Below, one piece after another: positions 50,652 to 61,600 of a DNA stretch of 64,000 nt. Every line of letters begins with the position of its first letter. The stretch's first letter is position 1. Under the pieces are notes generated by a model. The model had not been told where the DNA came from and made no database searches. It saw only the letters and a program-made list of their open reading frames with translations. A program made the translations under genes and the position numbers. This stretch comes from an uncultured virus (IMG/VR IMGVR_UViG_3300044949_000816) (Duplodnaviria; Heunggongvirae; Uroviricota; Caudoviricetes). The stretch covers positions 1 through 64,000 of IMG/VR virus record IMGVR_UViG_3300044949_000816; one strand, written 5' to 3'.

Positions 50652-52308
50652 CAAATCTATCCACATGCGCTTCATAATTTTGTTTTACTTCTGTATTTGA
50701 TAGAGCTTTGGAATAAAATCTAACAGCAGAAATTTTTCCTGGAAAATATTGGCGAATGTATGTGGAAGTGCAAAATCCTATTCTCATTGATGCAGATGAA
50801 GACAATACTGATAAGTCGGAAATATTTGAAGAATTTTCCATAATGCCATTTATGTATATTTTATTATCTTTTCCAACTTCTCTAACAAATGCAACATGAT
50901 ACCATGTGTTAATTGAAAGGTTTGATGTATTTTCTAAACTTCCATTTCCCCTAGAACCAGAATTAACTCTAATACCACTTGGTTTATATACTTGTAATCC
51001 AATTCCTCTAGTTGAACTAATTCCAATTATACTTGCGCCGCCAGTATCTATGTTTGAAGTTAAGTTAGTATCATCTGTAATTTTAAACCATGCTTCTAAA
51101 GAATAAGAAACATCTCCAGAAGAAATTCCTGATCCATCACCGTCAATATAAGATTTATTAAATTCTAAGTACTTATTAGTAGATCCATATTGATTAAACC
51201 AAATAGAAGACCCATCTGATCTATCAAAGGTTGGACTATTTGCTGGCGCAGTTGCATATACACCATCATCAGATAAATTTGATAATGATAATACTTGATT
51301 TATTCCTGTTGTATTTTCTATAGAAGTTGATATTCCATAAGTTTTATCGGCATCAGAATATATAACAAGTTTATCGATTACAATTGGATCGACAAAAGTA
51401 GAAAGATTTGATATAGATTTTTTTAATTTTTTCTTTCTAGAGTCTAACGCTTTTTTTATATCTTTATCGCCCCAGATTTGTATTTCTTCTTGAGTTTTAT
51501 CCTCTTTTATCACATTAACAACTGATAAATATTTTTCTCTCAATTTTCTTAGGTTTGGAATTCCTTGTACAACCTGAGAAATTGAAGACGCATATCCAGC
51601 ACAAGTTGGACTTGAAATTAATATTGGTACAGTTCCTGCAAATCCAACTGTATATGGATTTATTATTTTATATACTCCAAGTGAATCACCATCATTATTT
51701 TCAATAGTATTTTCAAACCCATTACCAAATCTTGCTGGAGTCAACCTATTTTGAGATTCTTCAAAAACATTATCATCTCTCAATTCTTCCATATTTTCAT
51801 ATCTTTTTATTTTAACCAAATCTTCAAAAATTTCTTCACCTCTACCAACACCAATATTATCAATTTTAAGAACTGGTAACTTTTTTGGTATAATTGCAAA
51901 TCCAGTTGTAGGATTTATTGCTGGTACATAAGAAGGAGATGTAGAACATCCATATCCAACCGCAGTATTAACTATAGTAATTATTTGTTGTTTTATAGAA
52001 TTAATCTGCACATTATAATCATACATTTGATTATCATATGGCTTCGCTAATTTTTTATAGTCATCAACATTTCTTTCTTGTTTATCATAATCTATTTGTT
52101 GAAGTTCAAGAGGTGTTTTAATTGAATCTACTAATTCTACAGGATTATCTGACCAAGTTCCATCTGGATTTTGAGATACATTTCTAGTTCTAATAGTCTT
52201 TGGAGTTTTTCCTATTTCACTAGGTTCAGACCCAAAAGAATTAGCAGCATCTAATTGCTCCGTTAAATTTTGAGTTATTTTGAATGCAAAAAATTCTTGA
52301 GTTGACAT
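50647..52308 (-). CDS. Protein with a C-terminal LamG/concanavalin A-like domain
   Basis: YSLEAWFK...NTWYHVAFV...KIYING...MRIG...FPGKISAVRFYSKALSNTEVKQNY. Confidence 0.8.
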   Translation of the reverse strand: MSTQEFFAFKITQNLTEQLDAANSFGSEPSEIGKTPKTIRTRNVSQNPDGTWSDNPVELVDSIKTPLELQQIDYDKQERNVDDYKKLAKPYDNQMYDYNVQINSIKQQIITIVNTAVGYGCSTSPSYVPAINPTTGFAIIPKKLPVLKIDNIGVGRGEEIFEDLVKIKRYENMEELRDDNVFEESQNRLTPARFGNGFENTIENNDGDSLGVYKIINPYTVGFAGTVPILISSPTCAGYASSISQVVQGIPNLRKLREKYLSVVNVIKEDKTQEEIQIWGDKDIKKALDSRKKKLKKSISNLSTFVDPIVIDKLVIYSDADKTYGISTSIENTTGINQVLSLSNLSDDGVYATAPANSPTFDRSDGSSIWFNQYGSTNKYLEFNKSYIDGDGSGISSGDVSYSLEAWFKITDDTNLTSNIDTGGASIIGISSTRGIGLQVYKPSGIRVNSGSRGNGSLENTSNLSINTWYHVAFVREVGKDNKIYINGIMENSSNISDLSVLSSSASMRIGFCTSTYIRQYFPGKISAVRFYSKALSNTEVKQNYEAHVDRFV

Positions 52309-52359
52309 GTTAAATTTTTATCAATTAATTCTTAGTTTTATATTGTGCATTTAAAAAAA

Positions 52360-52713
52360 TCAAGTACTTAAATTTTGAATTTGTAATTTTAGATCATCAA
52401 TAATTTGTTGTTGTTCTTTTACTGCTGCAATTAACAGAACAACCAATCTATCATATTTAACTGCATAATAATCATTATTTACGGGCAATTTACCTACAGA
52501 TTCTGGAGCAACTTCGAGCAATTCTTGGGCTGAAAGACCAAGATGCTTCTCTTCAATAGATCTAAATCCAATAGACTCTGCGACAGTATTTAAATTATAT
52601 GTAAATGTGCTTAAAGATTTAACTTTATCTAAAGCATTAGTAATTGGTTCAATATTAGTTTTTAGCCTCATGTCAGAAGCTGTTAATTCATCTTCGTGAT
52701 TTTTAAATTCCAT
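52360..52713 (-). CDS. Stand-alone peptidase S74 (intramolecular chaperone) domain protein
   Basis: ASDMRLKTNIEPITNALDKVKSL.TFTYNLN...GLSAQEL..VAPESV...VKYDRLVVLLIAAVKE. Confidence 0.85.
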   Translation of the reverse strand: MEFKNHEDELTASDMRLKTNIEPITNALDKVKSLSTFTYNLNTVAESIGFRSIEEKHLGLSAQELLEVAPESVGKLPVNNDYYAVKYDRLVVLLIAAVKEQQQIIDDLKLQIQNLST

Positions 52714-52762
52714 AATTTTGAATCTAATTTTCTATATTCTTATATAGTAAAGATATTGTGTT

Positions 52763-53704
52763 TTAATTTTTAGTTATAGTCAAATATCCATGTCCTCGGT
52801 TATATCCAATTACTGTGATTGCTGATTGAGAGTAACTTCCGCCGCCGCCGCCAGTATTAGTATTACTGTTTTGATTACTTCCACCTCCACCAGAATATCC
52901 TCCTCCTCCTCCACCACCACCAGTGTTTCCATGAGTTCCCGCACCACCACCAAAACCACCAAAAGCAGATGTTGCGGTGTTCCCTCCCGTTCCACCTGCT
53001 GCAAAAGAAAGACCTAATCCACTATAACCATATGATCCAGCTTGCCCTGCTGCAGTTCCATTTCCATATAATCCACCACCACCTCCACCCCATCCATTAG
53101 ATGATCCAGTTCCACCATTTCCGTTAGAACCACCAGTTCCAGTAAAATCTGAATAACTAGAACCACCAGTTGTTCCAGATAATCCATCAGAATATGCACC
53201 ATATATTGCCGAATCAAATGAAGCAAAACTATACGTTGCTCCTCCTCCACCTCCAGCAATTATAACTGGAGTGTTAAAAAATTCTGTCATAAAAGTTCCC
53301 CCACCACCGCCACCAGATCCTGTACTAAAAACAACTCCTTTTTGACCAACAAGTATTTTATACAACATTCCTTTAGTTAAAGTCACTACAGACTCAATAA
53401 TAATTCCTCTAGAATAATTTGCATAATAACCATCTTGACCAGCGGCACCTGCAGCACGAATTGTATAACTACCTGTTGTTGGGGCATACCAATACTGAAT
53501 TCCAGAACTTACTGAAAAATAAGTTGAGTACCAAGGTTGCGAGGTATAACTTGAAACTGATGCAAATGAAGTTGGACCAAATCTTCCAGTTGCTCCTCCA
53601 TTTGTGAATGTAAAGGATGTGAAAGAAAATAAATCTCCCACTTGATCCATATATGGAGAATAATATGTATTTGGACCAAGTAAAGTTTGTTGAATTGTAG
53701 TCAT
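52763..53704 (-). CDS. Glycine-rich (polyglycine II bundle-like) virion/receptor-binding protein
   Basis: FTFTNGGATGRFGPT...GIQYW..PTTGSYTIRAAGAAG...ILVGQKG...GGGGGTF...GGFGGG...GGGGGYSGG...GGGGGSY. Confidence 0.75.
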   Translation of the reverse strand: MTTIQQTLLGPNTYYSPYMDQVGDLFSFTSFTFTNGGATGRFGPTSFASVSSYTSQPWYSTYFSVSSGIQYWYAPTTGSYTIRAAGAAGQDGYYANYSRGIIIESVVTLTKGMLYKILVGQKGVVFSTGSGGGGGGTFMTEFFNTPVIIAGGGGGATYSFASFDSAIYGAYSDGLSGTTGGSSYSDFTGTGGSNGNGGTGSSNGWGGGGGGLYGNGTAAGQAGSYGYSGLGLSFAAGGTGGNTATSAFGGFGGGAGTHGNTGGGGGGGGYSGGGGSNQNSNTNTGGGGGSYSQSAITVIGYNRGHGYLTITKN

Positions 53705-53708
53705 AATA

Positions 53709-56700
53709 TCAACTTAATCCAGATCCAGATATAACAAATTCATTAGGTGTGACGACACATAGAACAGTACAAAGTCCTCTTCCTGCTAATGTTCTATTTC
53801 CAGTTGTTGCTGTTCCAGCAATATACATTGTAGTTGAAGCACCTTGTGTAATTGTTTGTGCTGATGAAGAGTTATTATAAATCGTAATTGCATCTCCAGC
53901 ACTGAAAACGCCAGAAGGGACAGTTACGCCACCTGTTGTGATATTAACTAAATCGCCAACATCTCCTATTGCAAGAGTGTATGAAGTTGTTTTAGCAAGA
54001 TTTATTAATTTTCTAAGATTTCCTCCGGAATCAGAAACTATAGTAGAAGTTAAGTTACCTGTTGATGGATTATAAGTTAATTTTGATGATGATACGTTTA
54101 ATGTTGGTGACCCAGATGCCACCGATGAAAGCATTGGATATCTCGTTGCGTTTGTTGATGTGTCATCAGACACGCTAATAGAACCAAATGGTGCAAATAT
54201 TGATGTAAATGCCCAATTATCAGTACCATAATAATAGAAAACTTGTGCAATTCTTAAATAAACTCCATTTACAGTTTGTGCTGCTGCAGGTATAGAAGCA
54301 CTGATTAATTGCCAAGTATTATAGTTTAAAGCACTAGGTGTAATAAGCTCTATTGTAGTATAAGAAGATCCATTAAGACTATATTGAAATAATAAAACAT
54401 CTGATTGATAGTCTTCTGGTTGATCCCCCCAAGTTCCATTAGCAGCATTCACATAAAATTGAACTGTGCTAATACCATTTAAATATACCTTATTAAAAGT
54501 AGAGACATATCTCGTTCCATTTTGGTATTCTGAAAGATAACCATCAAAAATTGCTATCGGAGTTCCTGTGGGAACTGCAGTTGATGTTGCCATAGTTCCA
54601 TAAACTGAACCAAGTGTTGCCAATCTAGTTCCATTAGAAACATCAAGATTTTCTGGTTCTCTTAAATTTAATAAAACATTATCAAGTGATCCAGTATGAT
54701 TTTGATCACCTCCAACTTGACCAAATGCTGGCATCAAAGTTGTAAATGCCCAGTTATCAGTGCCGTAATAAAATGAAGTTTGGGTGATTTTTAAATAAAC
54801 TCCACCAAAAGTTTTTGCCCCAGATGGAACTCTAATAGTTCTTAACGTCCAAACATTACTACTAGCAATATCAATGGGATTTATTATGTCAATATTAGTC
54901 CAAAAAGTTCCATCAGTACTATATTGAACAAGTAAATTATCATTTTCATAATATTCTGGTAGATCGCCCCAACCAGTTCCACCTCTATTAACGTAATAAT
55001 TTAAGAAGTCTACATTTGTTAAATGAACTTTTTCTCTATTTTGAACAAATCTTGTTCCATTTAAATTTAAAGACAAATATCCATCAAAAACTACAATTGG
55101 TGTTCCGACTGGAACCGCTGAAATATTTGATATGCCGGAATAATTTCCAACTGATGTTAATCTAGTTCCATTTCCTACCGTAAGAGTGTTTAAATTATAA
55201 AAATTAAGTAAGAATAAAGAAAGATTTCCAGAAGAAGATGATGAATCTGATTCTGGTTGACCAAATCCACCAACTAAGGTTGTAAATGCCCAGTTATCAG
55301 TGCCGTAATAAAATGAAGTTTGAACAATTCTTAAATAAACTCCAGAAAAATCTTTTACCGCATCTGGAATAGTTATAGTTCTTAAAGTCCAAACATTACT
55401 ACTAGCAATATCAATTGGATTTACTGTATCAAGAGTAACCCATCCTGTAGATGCGGTTGGGGAAGTTGGGTGATATTGAACAAGTAAATTATCATTTTCG
55501 TAATATTCTGGCAAATCTCCCCAACCAGTTCCACCTCTATTAACATAATATAAAATATAGTCTAATGTTGTTAAATAAACTTTTGTTTTGTTTGTAAGTA
55601 CTCTAGTGCCATTTTGATATTCTGCAAGATATCCATCAAATATTCCAATTAAAGTTCCAGAAGGAACTTTATTTGTTAAAGTAGACATACCTCCATAATA
55701 TGCTCCCACACTACTCATTCTAACGCCGTCACCTAAATTTAATGTTAAAGTATTGGCAAAATTCATTAAAGAAACTGTAAGATTTCCTGCACTAGATGGA
55801 TCATTTACATTTGTACTATCTCCAGTAGATGCTATAAGAGAAGTTATTGCCCAATTGTCAGTGTCTTGATAGTATGAAGTCTGAGCAATTCTTAGATATA
55901 CACCATTATAATATTTTGCACCATCTGGAATTTGAACTGTCCTTAAAGTCCATACATTAACACTAGCAATATCAATAGGTCTTATAGTATCGAAAGTAAC
56001 ATAAGTAGATCCATCTGTACTGTATTGTAAATATAAAAAGTCACTTTGATAATTCTCGGGTTCTTCGCCACCAGCACCTTTGTTAACATAATATGATAAG
56101 TATGATATTGTAGTTAAATAAATTCTATTAAAATTAGTAATTACTCTATTTGAAGTTCCCCCAAAAAATGCAATGTTTGTAGTTCCAGGAACTTCTGTTC
56201 TAGTTGAAGTTCCCCTTGCTGAACAAGTTGTTAACTGTACACCACTTCCAATAGTAAATAAATTTGGATCTGCAAAATTCATGGCAGCAATCATAATGTT
56301 GCCATTTCCGGAAGATGTAGTCGAAGAACCAGCAGATCCTAATTCTGGTATTACTGAAGTAAATGCCCAGTTATCAGTTTCTTGATAATAAGCTCCTTGT
56401 ACAATTCTCAAATAAACTCCATTATAATACTTAGCAGCTGCTGGAACTCTTTCTGATATTAAAGTCCAAGTATTTGCTGCAACATCATCAGGACCAACTG
56501 TTTTTATAGCAGTCCATCCACTAGTTCCAGTGTAACTATATTCAAGAATTAAATTGTCTAAATTAAATCCCTCTGGAGAATCTCCCCAACTACCAGCTTT
56601 ATTGACGTAAAAATATACAAATTCTACAGAAGTTAAATAAACTTTAAATCTATTTTGAACAAATCTAGTTCCAGATGGTGTTGGAGCACTATTTGTTCCA

Positions 56701-58313
56701 AAAACTCCAATACTTGTAGTCGTGGAAGGAACTTGAGTTAATGAAGACATATTAAGAATTGAACTAGGAAATGTAAGAAAAGTTCCAGTTCCCAAAGTTA
56801 AACCATTTGGAGTTGCAAGATCTATAAGTGAATATGAAGAATTTCCTCCCCCAGTTCCAGATGCACCTTGAGTACCTTGTCCTCCTGGACCTTGAATTCC
56901 TTGTCTTCCTTGAAGACCTTGAGCTCCTTGACCACCAATTCCACCAGTAAATCCCTGAACTCCCTGGTGTCCTTGAATACCTTGTCGTCCCTGAGTTCCT
57001 TGATTTCCTTGTGTACCTACACCATCTGTTCCTTGAGAACCTTGTATTCCCTGAATACCTTGCGATCCTTGAATACCAGATCCTTGGAGACCTTGAAAAC
57101 CTTGAGATCCTATAGTTCCTTGATTTCCTTGAACACCTTGATTACTTAAACCTTGAGTTCCCTGCCTTCCTTGAATTCCTTGAGAACCTTGAGAACCTTG
57201 ATTACCAAGAAGACCAGATATTCCTTGCGTTCCTTGAACACCCTGAGTTGTTCCATCACGTCCCTGAAGTCCTTGAGATCCTTGTAAAGATGCACCCTGA
57301 AGTCCTTGAGATCCTTGAAAACCTATTCCCTGAGTTCCTTGAGCACCTTGATTTCCACTATATCCTTGAAGTCCTTGAGATCCTTGGAAAGATTGTCCCT
57401 GAACACCTTGGGTTCCTTGCGCTGTTCCTGCTCGACCTTGAATACCTTGAACACCTTGAATCCCTTGTCTTCCTTGAATTCCTTGAGAACCCTGAAATCC
57501 ACTATAACCTTGAGTACCTTGTGCTCCTTGTGATCCAAGACCTTGAGTTCCTTGGAATCCTTGAGATCCATATTCTCCCTGAATTCCTTGAGATCCTTGG
57601 AAAGATTGTCCCTGAACACCTTGGGTTCCTTGACTGCCTTGAGTACCTTGAACTCCTTGAATACCTTGAGTTCCTTGAGTACCTTGAGTACCTTGAACAC
57701 CCTGTGTTCCTTGAGTTGCTTGAACACCTTGAGTGCCTTGATTACTTAAACCTTGAACACCTTGTGTTCCTTGAAAATTACTTATTGTTCCCTGAGCACC
57801 TTGTCTACCTTGTGTTCCATGAATTCCCTGAACACCTTGAAATCCTTGAACACCCTGAGATCCTTGAATACCTTGTCTACCTTGTGTTCCTTGATTTCCT
57901 TGAACGCCTTGATTGCTTACACCTTGAATACCTTGGGTTCCTTGAGTTCCTTGAAAGTTACTTATTTGACCTTGAAGACCTTGCAATCCTTGCAGTCCTT
58001 GAGATCCTTGTCTTCCTTGCGAACCTTGAGTTCCCTGAAAATTACTTAAAGAACCTTGAAGACCTTGAATACCCTGAGTTAAAAGTGCCCGAGAATGAAT
58101 CCAATACCTAGATCCAGTTTGAGCACCTACTGAAATTGGTACGTAATGATCATATTCAGTTCCAGCAGGAACTGGTTTTGCGCCAATAGAAGATACTCCA
58201 ACTAATGGATCTCCAAGATCTGGTTCTGCTTGTTCTAATCCAAGAAACTCATAACGATCTGAAGTAATTCCAGTTTGGTCAAACTTTTTAACTCTGCCTG
58301 AATTATATTTCAT
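53709..58313 (-). CDS. Collagen-like tail fibre protein with five tandem beta-sandwich (Reelin-subrepeat-like) domains
   Basis: About 400 aa of G-X-Q triplets, five ~175-aa repeats ending DNWA(F/I)T, and a fibre-type C-terminus. Confidence 0.8.
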   Translation of the reverse strand: MKYNSGRVKKFDQTGITSDRYEFLGLEQAEPDLGDPLVGVSSIGAKPVPAGTEYDHYVPISVGAQTGSRYWIHSRALLTQGIQGLQGSLSNFQGTQGSQGRQGSQGLQGLQGLQGQISNFQGTQGTQGIQGVSNQGVQGNQGTQGRQGIQGSQGVQGFQGVQGIHGTQGRQGAQGTISNFQGTQGVQGLSNQGTQGVQATQGTQGVQGTQGTQGTQGIQGVQGTQGSQGTQGVQGQSFQGSQGIQGEYGSQGFQGTQGLGSQGAQGTQGYSGFQGSQGIQGRQGIQGVQGIQGRAGTAQGTQGVQGQSFQGSQGLQGYSGNQGAQGTQGIGFQGSQGLQGASLQGSQGLQGRDGTTQGVQGTQGISGLLGNQGSQGSQGIQGRQGTQGLSNQGVQGNQGTIGSQGFQGLQGSGIQGSQGIQGIQGSQGTDGVGTQGNQGTQGRQGIQGHQGVQGFTGGIGGQGAQGLQGRQGIQGPGGQGTQGASGTGGGNSSYSLIDLATPNGLTLGTGTFLTFPSSILNMSSLTQVPSTTTSIGVFGTNSAPTPSGTRFVQNRFKVYLTSVEFVYFYVNKAGSWGDSPEGFNLDNLILEYSYTGTSGWTAIKTVGPDDVAANTWTLISERVPAAAKYYNGVYLRIVQGAYYQETDNWAFTSVIPELGSAGSSTTSSGNGNIMIAAMNFADPNLFTIGSGVQLTTCSARGTSTRTEVPGTTNIAFFGGTSNRVITNFNRIYLTTISYLSYYVNKGAGGEEPENYQSDFLYLQYSTDGSTYVTFDTIRPIDIASVNVWTLRTVQIPDGAKYYNGVYLRIAQTSYYQDTDNWAITSLIASTGDSTNVNDPSSAGNLTVSLMNFANTLTLNLGDGVRMSSVGAYYGGMSTLTNKVPSGTLIGIFDGYLAEYQNGTRVLTNKTKVYLTTLDYILYYVNRGGTGWGDLPEYYENDNLLVQYHPTSPTASTGWVTLDTVNPIDIASSNVWTLRTITIPDAVKDFSGVYLRIVQTSFYYGTDNWAFTTLVGGFGQPESDSSSSSGNLSLFLLNFYNLNTLTVGNGTRLTSVGNYSGISNISAVPVGTPIVVFDGYLSLNLNGTRFVQNREKVHLTNVDFLNYYVNRGGTGWGDLPEYYENDNLLVQYSTDGTFWTNIDIINPIDIASSNVWTLRTIRVPSGAKTFGGVYLKITQTSFYYGTDNWAFTTLMPAFGQVGGDQNHTGSLDNVLLNLREPENLDVSNGTRLATLGSVYGTMATSTAVPTGTPIAIFDGYLSEYQNGTRYVSTFNKVYLNGISTVQFYVNAANGTWGDQPEDYQSDVLLFQYSLNGSSYTTIELITPSALNYNTWQLISASIPAAAQTVNGVYLRIAQVFYYYGTDNWAFTSIFAPFGSISVSDDTSTNATRYPMLSSVASGSPTLNVSSSKLTYNPSTGNLTSTIVSDSGGNLRKLINLAKTTSYTLAIGDVGDLVNITTGGVTVPSGVFSAGDAITIYNNSSSAQTITQGASTTMYIAGTATTGNRTLAGRGLCTVLCVVTPNEFVISGSGLS
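56860..58080 (-). repeat. 9-nt period collagen-like (Gly-X-Gln)n coding repeat
   Basis: ccttgagtt/ccttgaaca/ccttgaata units on the plus strand; QGTQGVQGSQG in the protein. Confidence 0.92.
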
Positions 58314-58321
58314 AATTTATA

Positions 58322-58681
58322 TTATTGCTTTGCAGTTTCTAAAACACTGAGAATAAGGTTTAAAACCCCATTAGTATTAGATTGAATTTTAATAACATCA
58401 TTAGTTTCCAAAGCCAATCTTCCATCAGAAACTAGATTAACTGAATCATTTGGTGGTACATATACTGAATTTGCAAATATATAATCGTTTGGAGATTCAC
58501 TTGTTCTTGAATGTATTGCAGTTACAGTATAGGTGCTTTTAGCAGCACCTGATGATACATTTGCCACTTGTGATAAAATTACAATAGATGATACGCCAAT
58601 GGGGCAAGTATATATTCCAACATTATTTGTTGTAATACCAACTCTAATTGTTCGGAATTTATTAAGTGCAATTGCTGCCAT
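58322..58681 (-). CDS. Small conserved virion-associated protein
   Basis: ALNKFRTIR...IYTCPIGVSSIVILSQVANV...GRLALETNDVI...LILSVLETA; lies between two fibre genes. Confidence 0.7.
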   Translation of the reverse strand: MAAIALNKFRTIRVGITTNNVGIYTCPIGVSSIVILSQVANVSSGAAKSTYTVTAIHSRTSESPNDYIFANSVYVPPNDSVNLVSDGRLALETNDVIKIQSNTNGVLNLILSVLETAKQ

Positions 58682-58685
58682 GTTT

Positions 58686-61600
58686 CTAACTTAATGCAAT
58701 AATTAGAGGGGTTACTGTATTTAACAGACTTTGACTGAATGATCTTCCAGTAATTGTTCCAGTTAATTGATTAATCACAACGCCATCGCCAATTTGGAAG
58801 TTTCCTGCCTGATTTGTGCTCGTATATACAACTTGTCCACCATTACGCTTATCAACTTCATTTGCCTGAATTGTGACACCACCTAAAGCAGGTTTTGCTG
58901 TATTAATATTTGTTCCAGATCCAACCCACTCTAATGAAATTGAAGTTGCAATTTGTAAACTCAATCTTGAGAAATAAACTGTTGTCCCAGCACCTACTGT
59001 ATTATTTAGATTTTGAGTCAGAACCAATGTTGAAGTTCCATTAACTGGTAATGTTGCCGTTGTAATAGTATAATAAAGAGGATACAAAACTGCTTCTGCA
59101 GTTGCATTTACTCCAGATCCTCCAGGAAAATCAGTAATTGTAACGCTTGGGGAATTTAAGTATTGACTTCCATTACTGATTACGTCTATTGAAGTTATAA
59201 CACCATTTTCATCAACGTTGGCAGAAGCTTCTGCACGAATTCCGCTAGGACCTTCTGGGAATCCAATTGTTACGTTTGGTGGATTTGTGGGATTGTAACC
59301 ATTTCCACCATTTGTAACTTTAATAGCATTGACTTGATAGTACAATTCGCCAAAATAAATTGCCTGACCGTCATAAGGTCTTTGTGTCCCCAATCCAGAA
59401 ATTGTAACAGTATCAGTTTCAATTTCTGCAGTTCCTACGGTTTCTCCAGTGTAACGATAAATTGATTTTGAAGTATAATCACCAACTCCATCGGAAACAA
59501 GACCATAATTACCAAACGAACAGTTTGAGTTTGTAATATCACACTGACCACCAGATTTTGTAAAGATTCCAATATCGTCGCAAATTGTAAAGATAGAAAC
59601 CAATTGTGTATATGCACCATTTGTGATAGAAACACCAATACCATTTTGATTATATTGAGTATAAGAATCAACACTCATGGTTCCAGTTACACCAATATCT
59701 TCTTTATCACCAGGCTCTGCCGCAAATCCATCCACTTTCATTCCGATACTATCACCAATAAAGTTAGTGCAGTTTCTTACATAAGGACCTTGAGTAATTG
59801 GACCAACTCCTTTGGAGTATGGTGGGATTACAATTCCACCAACAACATAAGTATGACCTATTCCAGTTTTACCAACATTTACTGTAAATGTATTTCTTTC
59901 ATTAGTTGTAGAAAGAACCTCAAATGCATATCCATTATTTCCAGATGGGAATAATGTAGTTGTAGCTGCTCCACTAGAACATGCAAATTCAAGATCCCGT
60001 AATGTTACGATATCACCAGTTCTTACTGAAATGCCAGGAGCAGTAATTGTAACAATACCAGTATTATTGTCATATTTTGCTTCAGTAACTTCTAATGAAC
60101 GATTAACTACATAACCACCAGAAACATAACTATGGGGAATAGTTGAAATTCCAGTATAAACATCAAAAGAGTCGTCTGAATTAATTTTAGTTACATAAAA
60201 TTCATATCCATAATATCCAGATGGGAATAATTGAGTTGAAACAGGTCCTCCAGAGGAGCATGAGAACTTAAGGTTTCTAACCTCAATTAAATCTCCAACC
60301 TTGACTAACAATCCTGGTGCTTTGATAGTAGTTTTTCCTGAAGTTTCTTCATAAAGAGCACTCGTAACACCGACAATAGAATCAAACCCTTTTCCTCTAT
60401 TTCCTGGATATGTGGTATTAAATCCAACATATGAGAATGCAGTTGATCCTATTCCTATAATTGAAGTAACAATTCCAACACAAACTTTCATCGCTGAAGT
60501 TACGTCAGCACATGAATTAATTACATTATTAAATCCAGTTGCAGGATCAACTTGCATCGCAAGGTCTTTAATTTGAGTGAATTCATTCTGGAAATTGGTA
60601 TATTTTTGAACTGTTCCACCAGAAACATAGGTGTGTGGAAGAACAGTTTTTCCACCAACAAACTCAAATGTATTTGGTCCAACTACCGATTTAACTGGGA
60701 AAATATAATTAAAAGTTCCATCTGGGAAAGTTGTGGTTGTATAGTTAGAAGTTAAAGTACCTCCATACATGTAACGATGATCTAATGTAGAAGTTCCTAC
60801 ATTTACCTTAACTTTATTTGAAACATAAAGTGCTGGGTAAGATCCTAGATTACCTGCAGATATAACTGTGGTTAGTATTGAAATTAAATTATCAATATTT
60901 GTTTTAACATCGGCGCAAGAATTTTCACTAGTATTAGATCCTGTAGCAGGATCTGCACTTATTGTTAAATCCTTAACATTTAGTTGATTTGTAATTGCTT
61001 TCTTAGCATAATCACGAACCGCATTAAATGCAGTTACACTTTGCGTTTCTTCACCAACTAAACCATTAGAAATTGGTGCTCCATTCTTATTAAAATATGC
61101 TCTAGTTGCTTCACGAATGTGCTTATTAGTTCCATACTTAACATCCTTAACCAAAGCATCAACAATATATCCAATATCTCTACGACACTTATTTTCACCA
61201 GAAACAAATATTCCTGGATTGTTTCTAATTGTATTAAGAGAAGTTAGTGAACCAGCAGAAACAACAGTTGTAATTAGAGAAGTTAAAGTGTCTAATGCAC
61301 TTTGGACATTTGCACAAGATGATGATGAAGTATTAGATCCAGTTACAGGATCTGCAGTTAGTGTTAGATCTTTTGTGGTAAGTTGATTTGTAATTGCCTG
61401 CTTCATCAGGTTTCTTGCCTGATTAAAAGCATAAACAGATTCTGTTTCTTCACCAACTAAACCATTAGAAATTGGTGCTCCATTATTGAAATATTGTCTT
61501 ACAAATGCAATAGAATAAGAATTTCCACCAGTAAATATGTCTGTAGAAACCGCATCAATAAAATATCCAAGATCTCTCTTACATTTGGTTTGCGTTCCGG

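Noticed and set aside
56868..58111. Plus-strand and alternative-frame ORFs (LEYLEHLE..., SLNTLSSL...)
   Set aside because: Shadow frames of the 9-nt collagen repeat
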